Origin: a bacterium
GTDB taxonomy: Bacteria > Patescibacteriota > Minisyncoccia > UBA6257 > UBA9933
Assembly: GCA_021786355.1 (NCBI GenBank)
Contig: JAJYNK010000011.1
Coordinates: 1-52,322 of the forward strand
Direction of reading: 5' to 3'
Length of the DNA: 52,322 nucleotides
The notes below the pieces were generated by a model. That model searched no databases, was not told the origin of the DNA, and worked only from the letters and a program-made list of their open reading frames with translations. The stretch's first letter is position 1; each line of letters starts with the position of its first letter. This document shows, in pieces, positions 1 through 8,492 of this stretch. The position numbers and the translations under genes were made by a program.

Positions 1-138
1 ATATGTTTTTGCGGCGTCAAGCGTTCTTGTCTGAACCGGCAAAGAGGAGACGTTTTTGGATAATAACAACCTACCATCTTTTATTAATATTGGCAAGCCA
101 CTAGCTGCGGATAAATTTTCAATTTTAAATTGGGACAT
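1..138 (-). CDS. partial ORF (5' end only, continues beyond window edge), unknown function
   Basis: The ATG at 138-136 directly abuts the TAG of the upstream gene. The frame is open for 46 codons to position 1 (MSQFKIENLSAASGLPILIKDG...). No recognisable motif. Confidence 0.25.
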   Translation of the reverse strand, partial: MSQFKIENLSAASGLPILIKDGRLLLSKNVSSLPVQTRTLDAAKTY

Positions 139-1797
139 CTATTTGAATACTCTTTCTGTTTTAACGTACCAGTCTTTGATGTTTTCCAATCGGCTGTTTG
201 GCAAGGCCAGTATTTTTTCTTCGAATCCGTTTAAGGATTTACTTTGGATGTAAATATAAGGAGGCGAAAAAAGGAAAATAGCCGGCTGGTCATTTTTTAT
301 CAGCGACTGAGCTTGCAGCATTTTTTCTCTTCGGTTATCGGCGTTAAAGTCGGCTCTTACGGAATTAATCAGAAAATCAACGTCCTTGTTTTCGTAAAGA
401 GACAAGTTAAGGCCGGGATGGAATTTTTGGCTCGAATGCCAAAAAGAAAACAAATCGGGATTTTTGCCGTAGATGTTTCCGAATAAAATCATTTCATAAT
501 CCCTCGGTTTTATGGTGTCGGGGAAAATTTCGTCATTCGGTTTTATATTAAGATTTATTTTCACCCCGATTTTTTGCCAATCTTCCTGGATTATTTTCGC
601 GGTGTCGGTTAAAAAAGGGATTTCGGGAACGGTCAGCGAAAACTCAAGCCGGGCGTTTTTTCCGCTGTTTTGTCTTATGCCGTCTGACGAAACTTGCCAC
701 CCGCTCGCTTCCAGTAAATCTTTTGCTCTATCGGGCGAGAACTCGTTTTGTTGTTTGAAGAAATTTTCGCTGTAGCCGTTAATTCCCGGCGCGAGCGGAC
801 CGATTAAAGGAATCGCCATTCCTTTAAAAACGTCTTTTATTATCCGCTCGCGGTCGGTTGCCAAATCAAGGGCTTTGCGTACGTTTATGTCGCTCAGAAC
901 GGGATTAACGCTTTGGTTGAAAAAAATTCCATAATAACGGGGCATATTTACGGACTCGGTTTTGTGAGGAATAGTTATTTTATCCAAGTTATTATAAGAA
1001 ACGGCTCCGAGGCCGCTGATCAAGCCTCCGTTAAAAGCCCCAAGCGCGTCTTTTTCGCTGGTATAAAATTTAAAAGTGAAATTATCTAAATATGGTTTTT
1101 GGTTGAAATAAGTTTCATTTTTCACGAGCTCATAATCGGTGATAAAGCCGTCCCGCCGTTTTTTTAAGTCGGAAAATTTAAAAGGGCCGCTGCCTACAGG
1201 ATCGATTAAATTGTAATCGGAGAGGCGGATATTGGAAAAGGGAATGTCGCCAAAAATGTGTTTTGGTATCGGGCGCAGATTTATCAATGTGTTTTCAAAA
1301 AAAACATAAGGCGCGCTTAAAATTAATTTTATTTCTCTGGAGCTGACTCTTTCGGTTTTTACGCCCTGCCAGTCGGGAAATAATGCGGAATTGGCATCCG
1401 GGTCCTGAATGGCTTTGATCGTAAAAATAATATCGTCGGAAGTTATAGGACTGCCGTCTTGCCAGTTGATATCGCCTTTTATTCTTAATTTCCAAATTTT
1501 GCCGTTGTTTTCAATGCCTATTTCTCCGTCTTTTAAATCGTTGATGCTCGCGAAGGTTAGCGCGATAATATCCGAATCAGCCTCGTTTACCGCGATAACC
1601 GGATTTATAAAAACCGGCTGGCCAACTTTGCCTTCGGTGTATCCGCCGCCCTCTACCGGTCGAAGAACCGTGGCGGCTCTTACGAAATTAGCGCTTAAAT
1701 AAATTACTGCGATTACAAAAAGCGCCAAAAAGCCAAAAAAGGCAAGGCGTTCTTTTTTTGAAAAAGCGTTTAAGATTTGGCGGATTTTAAAATTCAA
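139..1797 (-). CDS. ABC transporter substrate-binding protein, family 5 (peptide/nickel type), N-terminal membrane anchor
   Basis: 552 aa. The N-terminal hydrophobic helix, length and sequence style fit OppA/DppA/NikA-type SBPs (…WQDGSPITSDDIIFT…, …NPDLFSFWHSS…). Confidence 0.8.
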   Translation of the reverse strand: MNFKIRQILNAFSKKERLAFFGFLALFVIAVIYLSANFVRAATVLRPVEGGGYTEGKVGQPVFINPVIAVNEADSDIIALTFASINDLKDGEIGIENNGKIWKLRIKGDINWQDGSPITSDDIIFTIKAIQDPDANSALFPDWQGVKTERVSSREIKLILSAPYVFFENTLINLRPIPKHIFGDIPFSNIRLSDYNLIDPVGSGPFKFSDLKKRRDGFITDYELVKNETYFNQKPYLDNFTFKFYTSEKDALGAFNGGLISGLGAVSYNNLDKITIPHKTESVNMPRYYGIFFNQSVNPVLSDINVRKALDLATDRERIIKDVFKGMAIPLIGPLAPGINGYSENFFKQQNEFSPDRAKDLLEASGWQVSSDGIRQNSGKNARLEFSLTVPEIPFLTDTAKIIQEDWQKIGVKINLNIKPNDEIFPDTIKPRDYEMILFGNIYGKNPDLFSFWHSSQKFHPGLNLSLYENKDVDFLINSVRADFNADNRREKMLQAQSLIKNDQPAIFLFSPPYIYIQSKSLNGFEEKILALPNSRLENIKDWYVKTERVFK

Positions 1798-1800
1798 GGT

Positions 1801-2010
1801 TTAAAATAAGTTGATTAAAGACAAAGCGGCGAAAATAACCGTTAAAACTACGGTGGCTATAAAAATTATTTTTTCGAATCCTCTCCGAGTTTGGTAATAA
1901 GAGCTTTCGCTTCCGCCAAAAACTCCCGAAAGGCCCGAGGATCTTTCCTGAAGTAAAATCAAAACAATCAATATTATCGAAATTATTATTTGAGCAATAG
2001 AAAATAACAT
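1801..2010 (-). CDS. secG: preprotein translocase subunit SecG
   Basis: 69 aa with two TM helices and a typical SecG core (LIVLILLQERSSGLSGVFGG). Confidence 0.8.
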   Translation of the reverse strand: MLFSIAQIIISIILIVLILLQERSSGLSGVFGGSESSYYQTRRGFEKIIFIATVVLTVIFAALSLINLF

Positions 2011-2142
2011 GAGTCTTAAAAATATCGCGAGGCATTAATGCCGAGCTAATATCGGCGAAGCCAAGTATCTATTTATATCCACGCGATATTTGCAGCTTCG
2101 CTGCAATACTAATAGATATAAGCTCAACAATAAAGTTTCGCG

Positions 2143-2508
2143 TTATTCTTTATAAAGCCGTTTTGCGGAAAAATGAACTAAAAGATTGATAACGCTTATT
2201 AATATCGTAGCATACAGAAGCGGCGTTAGTCCAGATATTGTAATATCGGCTGAAAAATAGTCAAGGATGTAGAGAGTAAGCGAGTTAACAAGAATAATCC
2301 CTAACCCGAGAGTTATAAAAATTATCGGCGAGAAAATCAATTTTAAAACCGGTCTGATAAACAGATTTATCAAAGTGAATATCAGCGTCGCGCTGGCAAG
2401 CCCGTAAAGACTGGCGCTGATGTTGAATCCGGAAATAAAATACTTAGCCGCCAAAAGAGCCAATACGTTGGAAAAAAAGGAAAATATAAATTTTGAGATA
2501 AGGCGCAT
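2143..2508 (-). CDS. small integral membrane protein, DUF360 / phage-holin-4-like family
   Basis: 121 aa with four predicted TM helices. Resembles the YvlD/DUF360 family from memory. Confidence 0.55.
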   Translation of the reverse strand: MRLISKFIFSFFSNVLALLAAKYFISGFNISASLYGLASATLIFTLINLFIRPVLKLIFSPIIFITLGLGIILVNSLTLYILDYFSADITISGLTPLLYATILISVINLLVHFSAKRLYKE

Positions 2509-2530
2509 ATGTTGTGCTATTTTTTATTCG

Positions 2531-2802
2531 CCAGTGATTTTATTTTAGAAAAATGTCTCGCAGGTCGAGCGGGCAAGGCGTCCAGCCGCAAACCCCTATG
2601 AGCACCGGCGGTTCTTTGGCTCCACCCCGCCAAGGCGGGGCTACGCTCTCGGCATCGCAAGTCGCCTAAGGCGACACCAAGCTTGCGATACCTCCGAGAG
2701 CTGCTCTACGGAACTTGCGGCTGGACGAGCGAGACCGAGAGCCAAGCGGCGATTTCCTCGCAGGGGAAATTGACCGCGCTTTTTCGAATATAAAATCACT
2801 GG
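2531..2802. other. GC-rich nested-hairpin element (candidate structured RNA or composite palindromic repeat)
   Basis: A 12-bp perfect outer inverted repeat (CCAGTGATTTTA 2531-2542 / TAAAATCACTGG 2791-2802) encloses a strongly GC-rich core. Long-range pairings are 2579-2591/2715-2727 (13 bp) and 2555-2560/2730-2735. Local hairpins are 2646-2700 and 2625-2640. Confidence 0.5.
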
Positions 2803-2951
2803 TAAAAATAGGTTTTGTAAACAATATCAATTTTATCACATTATCCGGATTGTGGAAAAACCTCATTTTGAATTTTGGGGTTTATGCTATAATTAAAACA
2901 AATTTAAAAGGTCGAAATTCTTAGTTAAAATGATGTAGCGATTAAATTTTT

Positions 2952-3635
2952 ATGTGGATTCAAAGTTTGACCGAAGCGACTGTGAGATCGCTCAGAACTT
3001 CTTGGGGCCAGGTCTACAATTTTGTGCCGGCTTTCATCGGCGCGATTGTGATATTGGTAATCGGTTTGATCGTCGCGGCTGTTTTGGGTTCTTTGGTTGA
3101 AAGGCTTTTTAGATCCATCAAACTCGACGAATTGCTTAGAAAACTCGGCTTTGCGACTTATGTGGAAAGAGCCGGTCTTCGAATGGATTCCGGAAAGTTC
3201 TTCGGCGCGATTGTTTATTGGTTCTTTATAATTGTTATTGTTTTGGCGGTTTCCAATATTTTGGGGCTTGAGGTGTTTTCAGCCTTCTTGACCCAGGTTC
3301 TTTTGTATTTGCCTAATATTTTTGTCGCCGCTTTGATTATGTTGGCCACTTTAGCCGTAGCCAAGTTTTTGAAGGCGGCTGTGAAGGCGTCGGCTCTTAG
3401 TGCCAGATTTCACGCGGCGAAATTTTTGGGAACCTTTGTTTGGTGGGTTGTCGCGATTTTCGGTTTTGTCACTGCTTTGTCCCAATTGGGGATAAACATT
3501 TTTATTTTCCAGGTTTTGATTTACGGTTTTGTCGCCATGCTGGCGATTGCCGGTGGCGTCGCTTTCGGCTTGGGAGGCAAAGATTACGCTTCTCACCTTG
3601 TTGATAGATTTAAGCAAGAGACAGAAGGAAGGTAA
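2952..3635 (+). CDS. polytopic membrane protein with conserved TM-helix repeats (MscS N-terminal-like)
   Basis: 227 aa with repeated hydrophobic helices. The repeat style matches the conserved TM-helix family. No MscS beta domain is present. Confidence 0.5.
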   Translation: MWIQSLTEATVRSLRTSWGQVYNFVPAFIGAIVILVIGLIVAAVLGSLVERLFRSIKLDELLRKLGFATYVERAGLRMDSGKFFGAIVYWFFIIVIVLAVSNILGLEVFSAFLTQVLLYLPNIFVAALIMLATLAVAKFLKAAVKASALSARFHAAKFLGTFVWWVVAIFGFVTALSQLGINIFIFQVLIYGFVAMLAIAGGVAFGLGGKDYASHLVDRFKQETEGR

Positions 3636-3685
3636 ATGATAAATAATAGCTGCCAGTGATTGGTCGCTGGTGGAAATAAGACAGC

Positions 3686-3716
3686 AAAAGGCGGTCGCCT
3701 AAGCGACCGCCTTTTG
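3686..3716 (+). terminator. rho-independent terminator
   Basis: AAAAGGCGGTCGC-CTAA-GCGACCGCCTTTT: a 13-bp stem, a tetraloop and a T-run, about 50 nt after the stop at 3635. Confidence 0.75.
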
Positions 3717-3743
3717 GATTGAATTTAGCTTTAGCAGTGTTAG

Positions 3744-3879
3744 ACCCCGCACCTTTAAAGGATATTGCACCTCGCTATTTTTTTATCAAACCAGAATTTA
3801 ATATTTAAAATAACTAGTTTATAATAAGGATTATGCAAAAAGGCGCATCTAAAAATACAATCCTTTAAAGGTGCGGGGT
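3744..3879. repeat. 20-bp perfect inverted repeat enclosing a 96-nt AT-rich spacer
   Basis: ACCCCGCACCTTTAAAGGAT (3744-3763) and its exact reverse complement (3860-3879). The right arm ends 26 nt before the ftsK ATG. Confidence 0.85.
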
Positions 3880-3905
3880 AAAATGATAGAATTGATTTTA
3901 GTAAA

Positions 3906-6032
3906 ATGTCCAATAAAAAAAATAAGAAGAATAAAAAAAACGCAAAATCTTTATCAAACGAGGAGGCGGAAAACGAAGCAAAACAATCAAGGCTTCATCC
4001 CGATACTAAAAAAAGCGTGTTCGCTATAGGTTTTTTGGCATTGGCGCTTATTTTAATTTTAGCGAGATTCGGAAACGCCGGTCCGGTCGGCGACTACGCG
4101 TATAATTTTTTTAACTGGCTTTTTGGCGTGGGCTATTTTCTTCTGCCGCTTATTCTTATAATAATGTCGGTTGTTTTTTTAACTTCAGAAAGGAGAAAAA
4201 TTTACGGAATTACTTTTATCGGCGCTATTATTTTTGTTTTGTCGAGCTTGGGGTTGATAGATATTTTTTATTCCGATAAAGCCGGAATTTTCGGCTGGCT
4301 AGTCGGCTCCATCGAGTCGTTGTTTGGTCGGGTTGCTTCGATAATTATTGTTGTCGCGATGATAGTCGCGTCATTTTTAGTAACTTTGAATTTGCCCATA
4401 AAAATAAGAAGAAGGCCCAAAGAATCGATTTTGGAATCAGAGGTTAGCTGGGAAGAAGAAAATAAACAGGAGAGTTCTGAAGCTAAACAGCCAGCCGAAA
4501 AAAGCGAAAACGATGTTCAAGGGGAAACAGCTGAAGAAATAGAGCCGAAAGTGGAAGTAAAAGAAAGATTCGCTTTGCCTTTTTCGCGTCCAGCTAAAAT
4601 TCAAACCAGCCGGGCGCCCGCTAATTATATTTTCCCGCCTCTGGATTTATTAAAGTCTTCTGTTGAAAAACCGACTTCCGGCGATCTTCGCGCTAACGCA
4701 AATATTATTAAAAGAACTCTGGACAGCTTCGGTATTCCGGTGGAAATGGGGGAAATAAATGTCGGTCCCAAAGTAACGCGTTACACTCTGAAACCCGCTG
4801 AAGGCGTGAAGCTTACTAGAATAACCGCCTTGTCTTCCGATTTATCCATGGCTTTAGCCGCGCACCCAATAAGAATAGAAGCGCCGATTCCGGGAAAATC
4901 ATTGGTTGGAATTGAAGTCCCTAACAAGGCCGCTTCAATTGTCCGTTTGGGGAGCTTGATGGCGTATCCGGAGTTTTCCGCAGCCGGGTCACTGGGCTTC
5001 GCGCTCGGCAGAGACGTTACCGGCGAGCCGATTTTCGCCAATATAGAAAAAATGCCTCATATGCTTGTTGCCGGATCAACCGGAAGCGGAAAAAGCGTTT
5101 CCATTCATTCGCTTTTAATATCACTTTTGTATAAAAATTCTCCCGATAATTTAAAAATGATTTTAATCGATCCCAAACGGGTCGAACTTACGGCCTACTC
5201 GGGGATTCCGCATTTGATAGCTCCTGTGGTAACCGAATCTAAAAAATCTTTGGGGGTTTTTAAATGGGCGCTTAAAGAAATGGACGGCCGCTATGAAATG
5301 CTGGAAAGCGCCGGTTCTCGCGACATTAAAAGTTATAACAAAAAAAATCCAAACAGCCCTTTGCCTTTCATTATTATAGTAATTGACGAGCTAGCCGATT
5401 TAATGAGCACGTATGGCAGAGAAGTTGAAGGCTCTATTGTCCGGTTGGCGCAAATGGCAAGAGCCACCGGTATTCATTTAGTATTAGCTACGCAGAGGCC
5501 GTCGGTAGAAGTTATTACGGGCCTTATAAAAGCCAATATTACCACTAGAGTCGCTTTGCAAGTCGCCAGCCAAGTAGATTCCAGGACGATTTTAGATAGT
5601 TCCGGCGCTGAAAAACTTTTGGGCGGCGGCGATATGCTTTATATATCCAGCGATCTTTCCAAGCCAAGAAGAATTCAGGGCGCGTATGTGTCCGAAGAAG
5701 AAATAAATAAAGTTACCCAATTTATAAGAGAAAATAACGGCGGTTACGATCATGAAGACGCGCCCACTTTTGAAAACGGCGCTTCATCGAATGCGATGAC
5801 GTCCGAAAGTTTATTTGATGGATTTGAAAATGACAACGACGACGAATTGCTTGAAGAAGCGATAGCCGTTATAACGGAAGCTCAAAAAGCGTCGGCATCT
5901 TTACTTCAAAGACGTTTGAAAGTGGGTTATGCTAGAGCTGCCCGGCTTCTGGATATAATGGAAGCCAAAAGTATTATTGGCCCTGGCGACGGGGCAAAAC
6001 CCCGCGAGGTTTACGTAAAAAGAGAAATTTAA
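3906..6032 (+). CDS. ftsK: DNA translocase FtsK/SpoIIIE
   Basis: N-terminal TM helices, a linker, a Walker A motif (GSTGSGKS), a Walker B motif (IIVIDELADL) and a C-terminal gamma wHTH (LLQRRLKVGYARAARLLD). Confidence 0.95.
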   Translation: MSNKKNKKNKKNAKSLSNEEAENEAKQSRLHPDTKKSVFAIGFLALALILILARFGNAGPVGDYAYNFFNWLFGVGYFLLPLILIIMSVVFLTSERRKIYGITFIGAIIFVLSSLGLIDIFYSDKAGIFGWLVGSIESLFGRVASIIIVVAMIVASFLVTLNLPIKIRRRPKESILESEVSWEEENKQESSEAKQPAEKSENDVQGETAEEIEPKVEVKERFALPFSRPAKIQTSRAPANYIFPPLDLLKSSVEKPTSGDLRANANIIKRTLDSFGIPVEMGEINVGPKVTRYTLKPAEGVKLTRITALSSDLSMALAAHPIRIEAPIPGKSLVGIEVPNKAASIVRLGSLMAYPEFSAAGSLGFALGRDVTGEPIFANIEKMPHMLVAGSTGSGKSVSIHSLLISLLYKNSPDNLKMILIDPKRVELTAYSGIPHLIAPVVTESKKSLGVFKWALKEMDGRYEMLESAGSRDIKSYNKKNPNSPLPFIIIVIDELADLMSTYGREVEGSIVRLAQMARATGIHLVLATQRPSVEVITGLIKANITTRVALQVASQVDSRTILDSSGAEKLLGGGDMLYISSDLSKPRRIQGAYVSEEEINKVTQFIRENNGGYDHEDAPTFENGASSNAMTSESLFDGFENDNDDELLEEAIAVITEAQKASASLLQRRLKVGYARAARLLDIMEAKSIIGPGDGAKPREVYVKREI

Positions 6033-6043
6033 TTACATCCTAA

Positions 6044-6697
6044 ATGGAACAAAATGTTTTTCCCAAAAGTTTTAAAGAGGAAGTTGAGGGAGCTATGGCG
6101 TTGAAGGGAATGAACGCGGTAAAATTATCGGAAGCCACAAATATTCCCGAACATTACCTTACGGCGCTTATCAGCCATCAGTCGAAGAATCTTCCTCCGC
6201 CGCCTTATATAAGGGGGTATATTTTAAGGATAGCGGAAGTATTGGATTTGGACGGCGGTTATTTGTGGCAGTCGTACAGCAAAACTTTAATTTCCAAAAC
6301 TTCCGGAAGCGAAGACCGTTTGCCGTTCAATAGATTTGCTTTGAAACCGGTAAGCAAGGCGAAAATCGCCGTTGGAATCGTAGTGTTATTTGCTATAATT
6401 TATTTTGGGTGGCGAGCGGGAGGATTTTTTGGGACGCCGGCGATAGAAATAACGAATCCGGCAACCGATAATTTTATTATAAAAGATTCGATTATAAATT
6501 TAACCGGAAAAATAAATCCTCAGGACAAGCTGACCATAAACGGCGAAGAAATAACCACCGACGGAAACGGATATTTTGAAAAATCTTGGGATTTTCGTTT
6601 TGGTCCGGACAATATAACCGCGAAACTGGAATTCAAAGTTAAAAGATTATTAGGCAAAGAAGTCGTAGTTGATAGGCAAATAATTTATCGGCCGTAG
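6044..6697 (+). CDS. HTH domain membrane protein, RodZ-like
   Basis: An N-terminal Xre-type HTH, one TM helix (IAVGIVVLFAIIYFGW) and an extracytoplasmic beta-rich C-terminus. Confidence 0.5.
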   Translation: MEQNVFPKSFKEEVEGAMALKGMNAVKLSEATNIPEHYLTALISHQSKNLPPPPYIRGYILRIAEVLDLDGGYLWQSYSKTLISKTSGSEDRLPFNRFALKPVSKAKIAVGIVVLFAIIYFGWRAGGFFGTPAIEITNPATDNFIIKDSIINLTGKINPQDKLTINGEEITTDGNGYFEKSWDFRFGPDNITAKLEFKVKRLLGKEVVVDRQIIYRP

Positions 6698-6704
6698 AGC
6701 ATGA

Positions 6705-6739
6705 AACACGTAACACGTAACTTATAACTCATATATAAT
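6705..6739 (+). repeat. degenerate heptamer micro-array (AACNNNT x4-5) upstream of recA
   Basis: AACACGT AACACGT AACTTAT AACTCAT ATATAAT. The last unit contains TATAAT (6734-6739). Confidence 0.8.
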
Positions 6740-6765
6740 ATAAGAAATAACAAATTTTAAAAAAT

Positions 6766-7779
6766 ATGGCGCAAAAAAAAGAAGACAAAAAAACCACTGG
6801 CGGATCAAAAGACATAGACGAGCTTTTAGAATCGCTTCAAGGTAAATTTGGCGAAGGAGCGATAATGAAGCTTGGCGACGCAAAAAAAATAAATGTTTCG
6901 GTTGTGCCGACCGGTTCATTTTCGCTTGATTTGGCTTTAGGGGTTGGCGGTTTTCCCAGAGGAAGAATTGTCGAGATTTTCGGGCCGGAATCATCCGGTA
7001 AAACCACTCTTGCTTTGCACGCGGTCGCCGAAGCGCAAAAAAAAGGAGGCAGGGCGGCTTTTATCGACGCCGAGCACGCGATGGATCCTGATTACGCCAA
7101 GCGTTTGGGGGTAAAAATAAACGATCTTTTGATATCCCAGCCAGACAGCGGAGAAGAGGCGCTTAATATTTTGGAAAATCTGGTGCGTTCGGGAATTATA
7201 GATATTATTGTTATTGACTCGGTTGCGGCGCTCACACCCAAAGCGGAGATAGAAGGAGAAATGGAACAGCAGTCGATAGGCCTTCAAGCGCGGCTAATGT
7301 CCAAAGCGCTTAGAAAAGTTACGGCCTTGGCGCACAACACCAATACCTTGATAATTTTTATAAACCAGCTTCGGGAAAAAATCGGAATAATGTTTGGTAA
7401 TCCCGAAACAACTCCAGGCGGACGGGCTTTAAAATTTTATTCTTCGGTTAGAGTCGACGTTAGGCGAACGGCGCAAATAAAAAAAGGCGACGAGGCTGTG
7501 GGTAATCGCGTTACTGCTAAAGTGGTAAAAAATAAAGTTGCCGCGCCTTTTAGAATGGCGGAATTCGATATTTTATTCGGCCAGGGGATTTCTTATGAAG
7601 GCGATGTTTTAACAGCCGCTATTAAATACGGTTCAGTTGCTAAAACCGGAAATACTTATATATTCGACGGAGAAAAGTTGGGCGTCGGATTTGACGCCTC
7701 CCGCGAAAAACTCAAAGAAGACAAAAAACTCGTGGAAGAAATAAAAAAGAAAACCCTGGCGGTAATCTCTGGAAAATGA
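6766..7779 (+). CDS. recA: recombinase RecA
   Basis: Canonical RecA sequence ([30 protein letters not shown]). Confidence 0.98.
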   Translation: MAQKKEDKKTTGGSKDIDELLESLQGKFGEGAIMKLGDAKKINVSVVPTGSFSLDLALGVGGFPRGRIVEIFGPESSGKTTLALHAVAEAQKKGGRAAFIDAEHAMDPDYAKRLGVKINDLLISQPDSGEEALNILENLVRSGIIDIIVIDSVAALTPKAEIEGEMEQQSIGLQARLMSKALRKVTALAHNTNTLIIFINQLREKIGIMFGNPETTPGGRALKFYSSVRVDVRRTAQIKKGDEAVGNRVTAKVVKNKVAAPFRMAEFDILFGQGISYEGDVLTAAIKYGSVAKTGNTYIFDGEKLGVGFDASREKLKEDKKLVEEIKKKTLAVISGK

Positions 7780-7830
7780 TGATTTGTTGATAAAATTAAA
7801 AAATTATTTTTGCGCTAATATAATTTTCTC

Positions 7831-7862
7831 CTCGTTTATCCCACGATCGTTGGATAAACGAG
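7831..7862. promoter_or_regulatory. 32-bp palindrome with ACGATCGT core, upstream flank of cassette A
   Basis: CTCGTTTATCC-c-ACGATCGT-t-GGATAAACGAG, 30/32 symmetric. It lies just downstream of a TATAAT at 7819-7824 and 24 nt before the ATG at 7886. Confidence 0.7.
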
Positions 7863-7885
7863 TAAAAGAAAATTAAATAAAAAAC

Positions 7886-8461
7886 ATGAAAAAAGGAGAA
7901 ATTACCTTAAAAGCTCTCGAAGCCATAGGAGATACCGCAATAAATTTTTTTGACCTTATGGTTGTAATTATGGGCTCAAGGTACGGCGCCTCGTATGGCG
8001 AACTGGATTTTGAATTTAGAAAAAGACAATTCGAAAGAGAAGTAGAAGCAGGAAAACAATTAGAGAAGCAAAAATTTTACGACTTGGTTTATCGGCTTAA
8101 AAAGCAGGGATTAATACAAGAGAAAGAAAGTAAATTTAAATTAACGAAATTAGGATTTGAGAAGTTAAAATTTTTAAAAGAAAGGAAAAAAGAAAGTTTG
8201 CCAACTAATGATTTCCCTGCGGAAAAAGGAAATAATTTTTGTATCGTGATTTTTGATGTTCCTGAAGCCGAAAGAAGAAAAAGGGACTGGCTAAGAGATT
8301 CCTTGGGTCATCTCGGATTAAAAATGATTCAAAAAAGCGTTTGGATCGGCAAAGTAAAAATACCCAAACCATTTTTGAATAGTTTGTTTAAATTAAAAAT
8401 GTTGGATTACGTAGAAATTTTTGAAATTACCAAAGCCGGTAGTTTAAAGCACGTAGTCTAG
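7886..8461 (+). CDS. winged-helix + Cas2/PaaX-like ferredoxin-fold domain protein (paralog A)
   Basis: C-terminal block FCIVIFDVPEAERRKRDWLRDSLGHLGLKMIQKSVWIGK…YVEIFEITKAGSLK has the Cas2/PaaX pattern (beta1 hhhhFD[IV]PE, helix, QKSVW). The N-terminal half has wHTH-like YRLKKQGLIQEKESKFKLTKLG. Paralogs are at 36328 and 46648. Confidence 0.6.
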   Translation: MKKGEITLKALEAIGDTAINFFDLMVVIMGSRYGASYGELDFEFRKRQFEREVEAGKQLEKQKFYDLVYRLKKQGLIQEKESKFKLTKLGFEKLKFLKERKKESLPTNDFPAEKGNNFCIVIFDVPEAERRKRDWLRDSLGHLGLKMIQKSVWIGKVKIPKPFLNSLFKLKMLDYVEIFEITKAGSLKHVV

Positions 8462-8492
8462 TAGTACGAACCGTAATTTGATAGTTTCAGCT

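Noticed and set aside
2531-2802. Tried to read the GC-rich structured element as RNase P RNA, tmRNA, SRP RNA or 6S RNA. The minus strand contains CGAGGAAATCGCC, which is reminiscent of the RNase P P4 motif GAGGAAAGUCC.
   Set aside because: There is no matching 3' P4 strand (ACAGAA…GGCUUA), and the element is too short for bacterial RNase P. There is no tRNA-like T-arm, CCA end or tag ORF as expected for tmRNA. There is no GGAA-tetraloop/AGCAGCC helix-8 motif as expected for SRP RNA. The branched architecture does not fit 6S. It is left as an unknown element.
2666-2924. ORFs 2666-2866(-) and 2715-2924(+) inside the GC-rich element, and likewise ORF 37433-37615(-) inside the 37487-37626 element.
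   Set aside because: The translations are Arg/Ser/Pro/Gly-rich low-complexity sequence generated by hairpin DNA. They overlap each other on opposite strands and have no start context. They are treated as non-coding.
3744-3879. Interpreting the wide-spaced perfect inverted repeats (also 17805-17907 and 20192-20325) as invertible promoter switches.
   Set aside because: No site-specific recombinase gene is in the window, and the three elements have unrelated arm sequences, which is unlike a single-invertase regulon. This is kept only as a low-probability alternative in the findings.
7886-8461. A Cas2-like fold could indicate a CRISPR-Cas locus.
   Set aside because: There is no repeat-spacer array, no cas1 and no other cas genes anywhere in the window. 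The domain is fused to a wHTH, as in PaaX-type regulators. I therefore do not call it CRISPR-associated.
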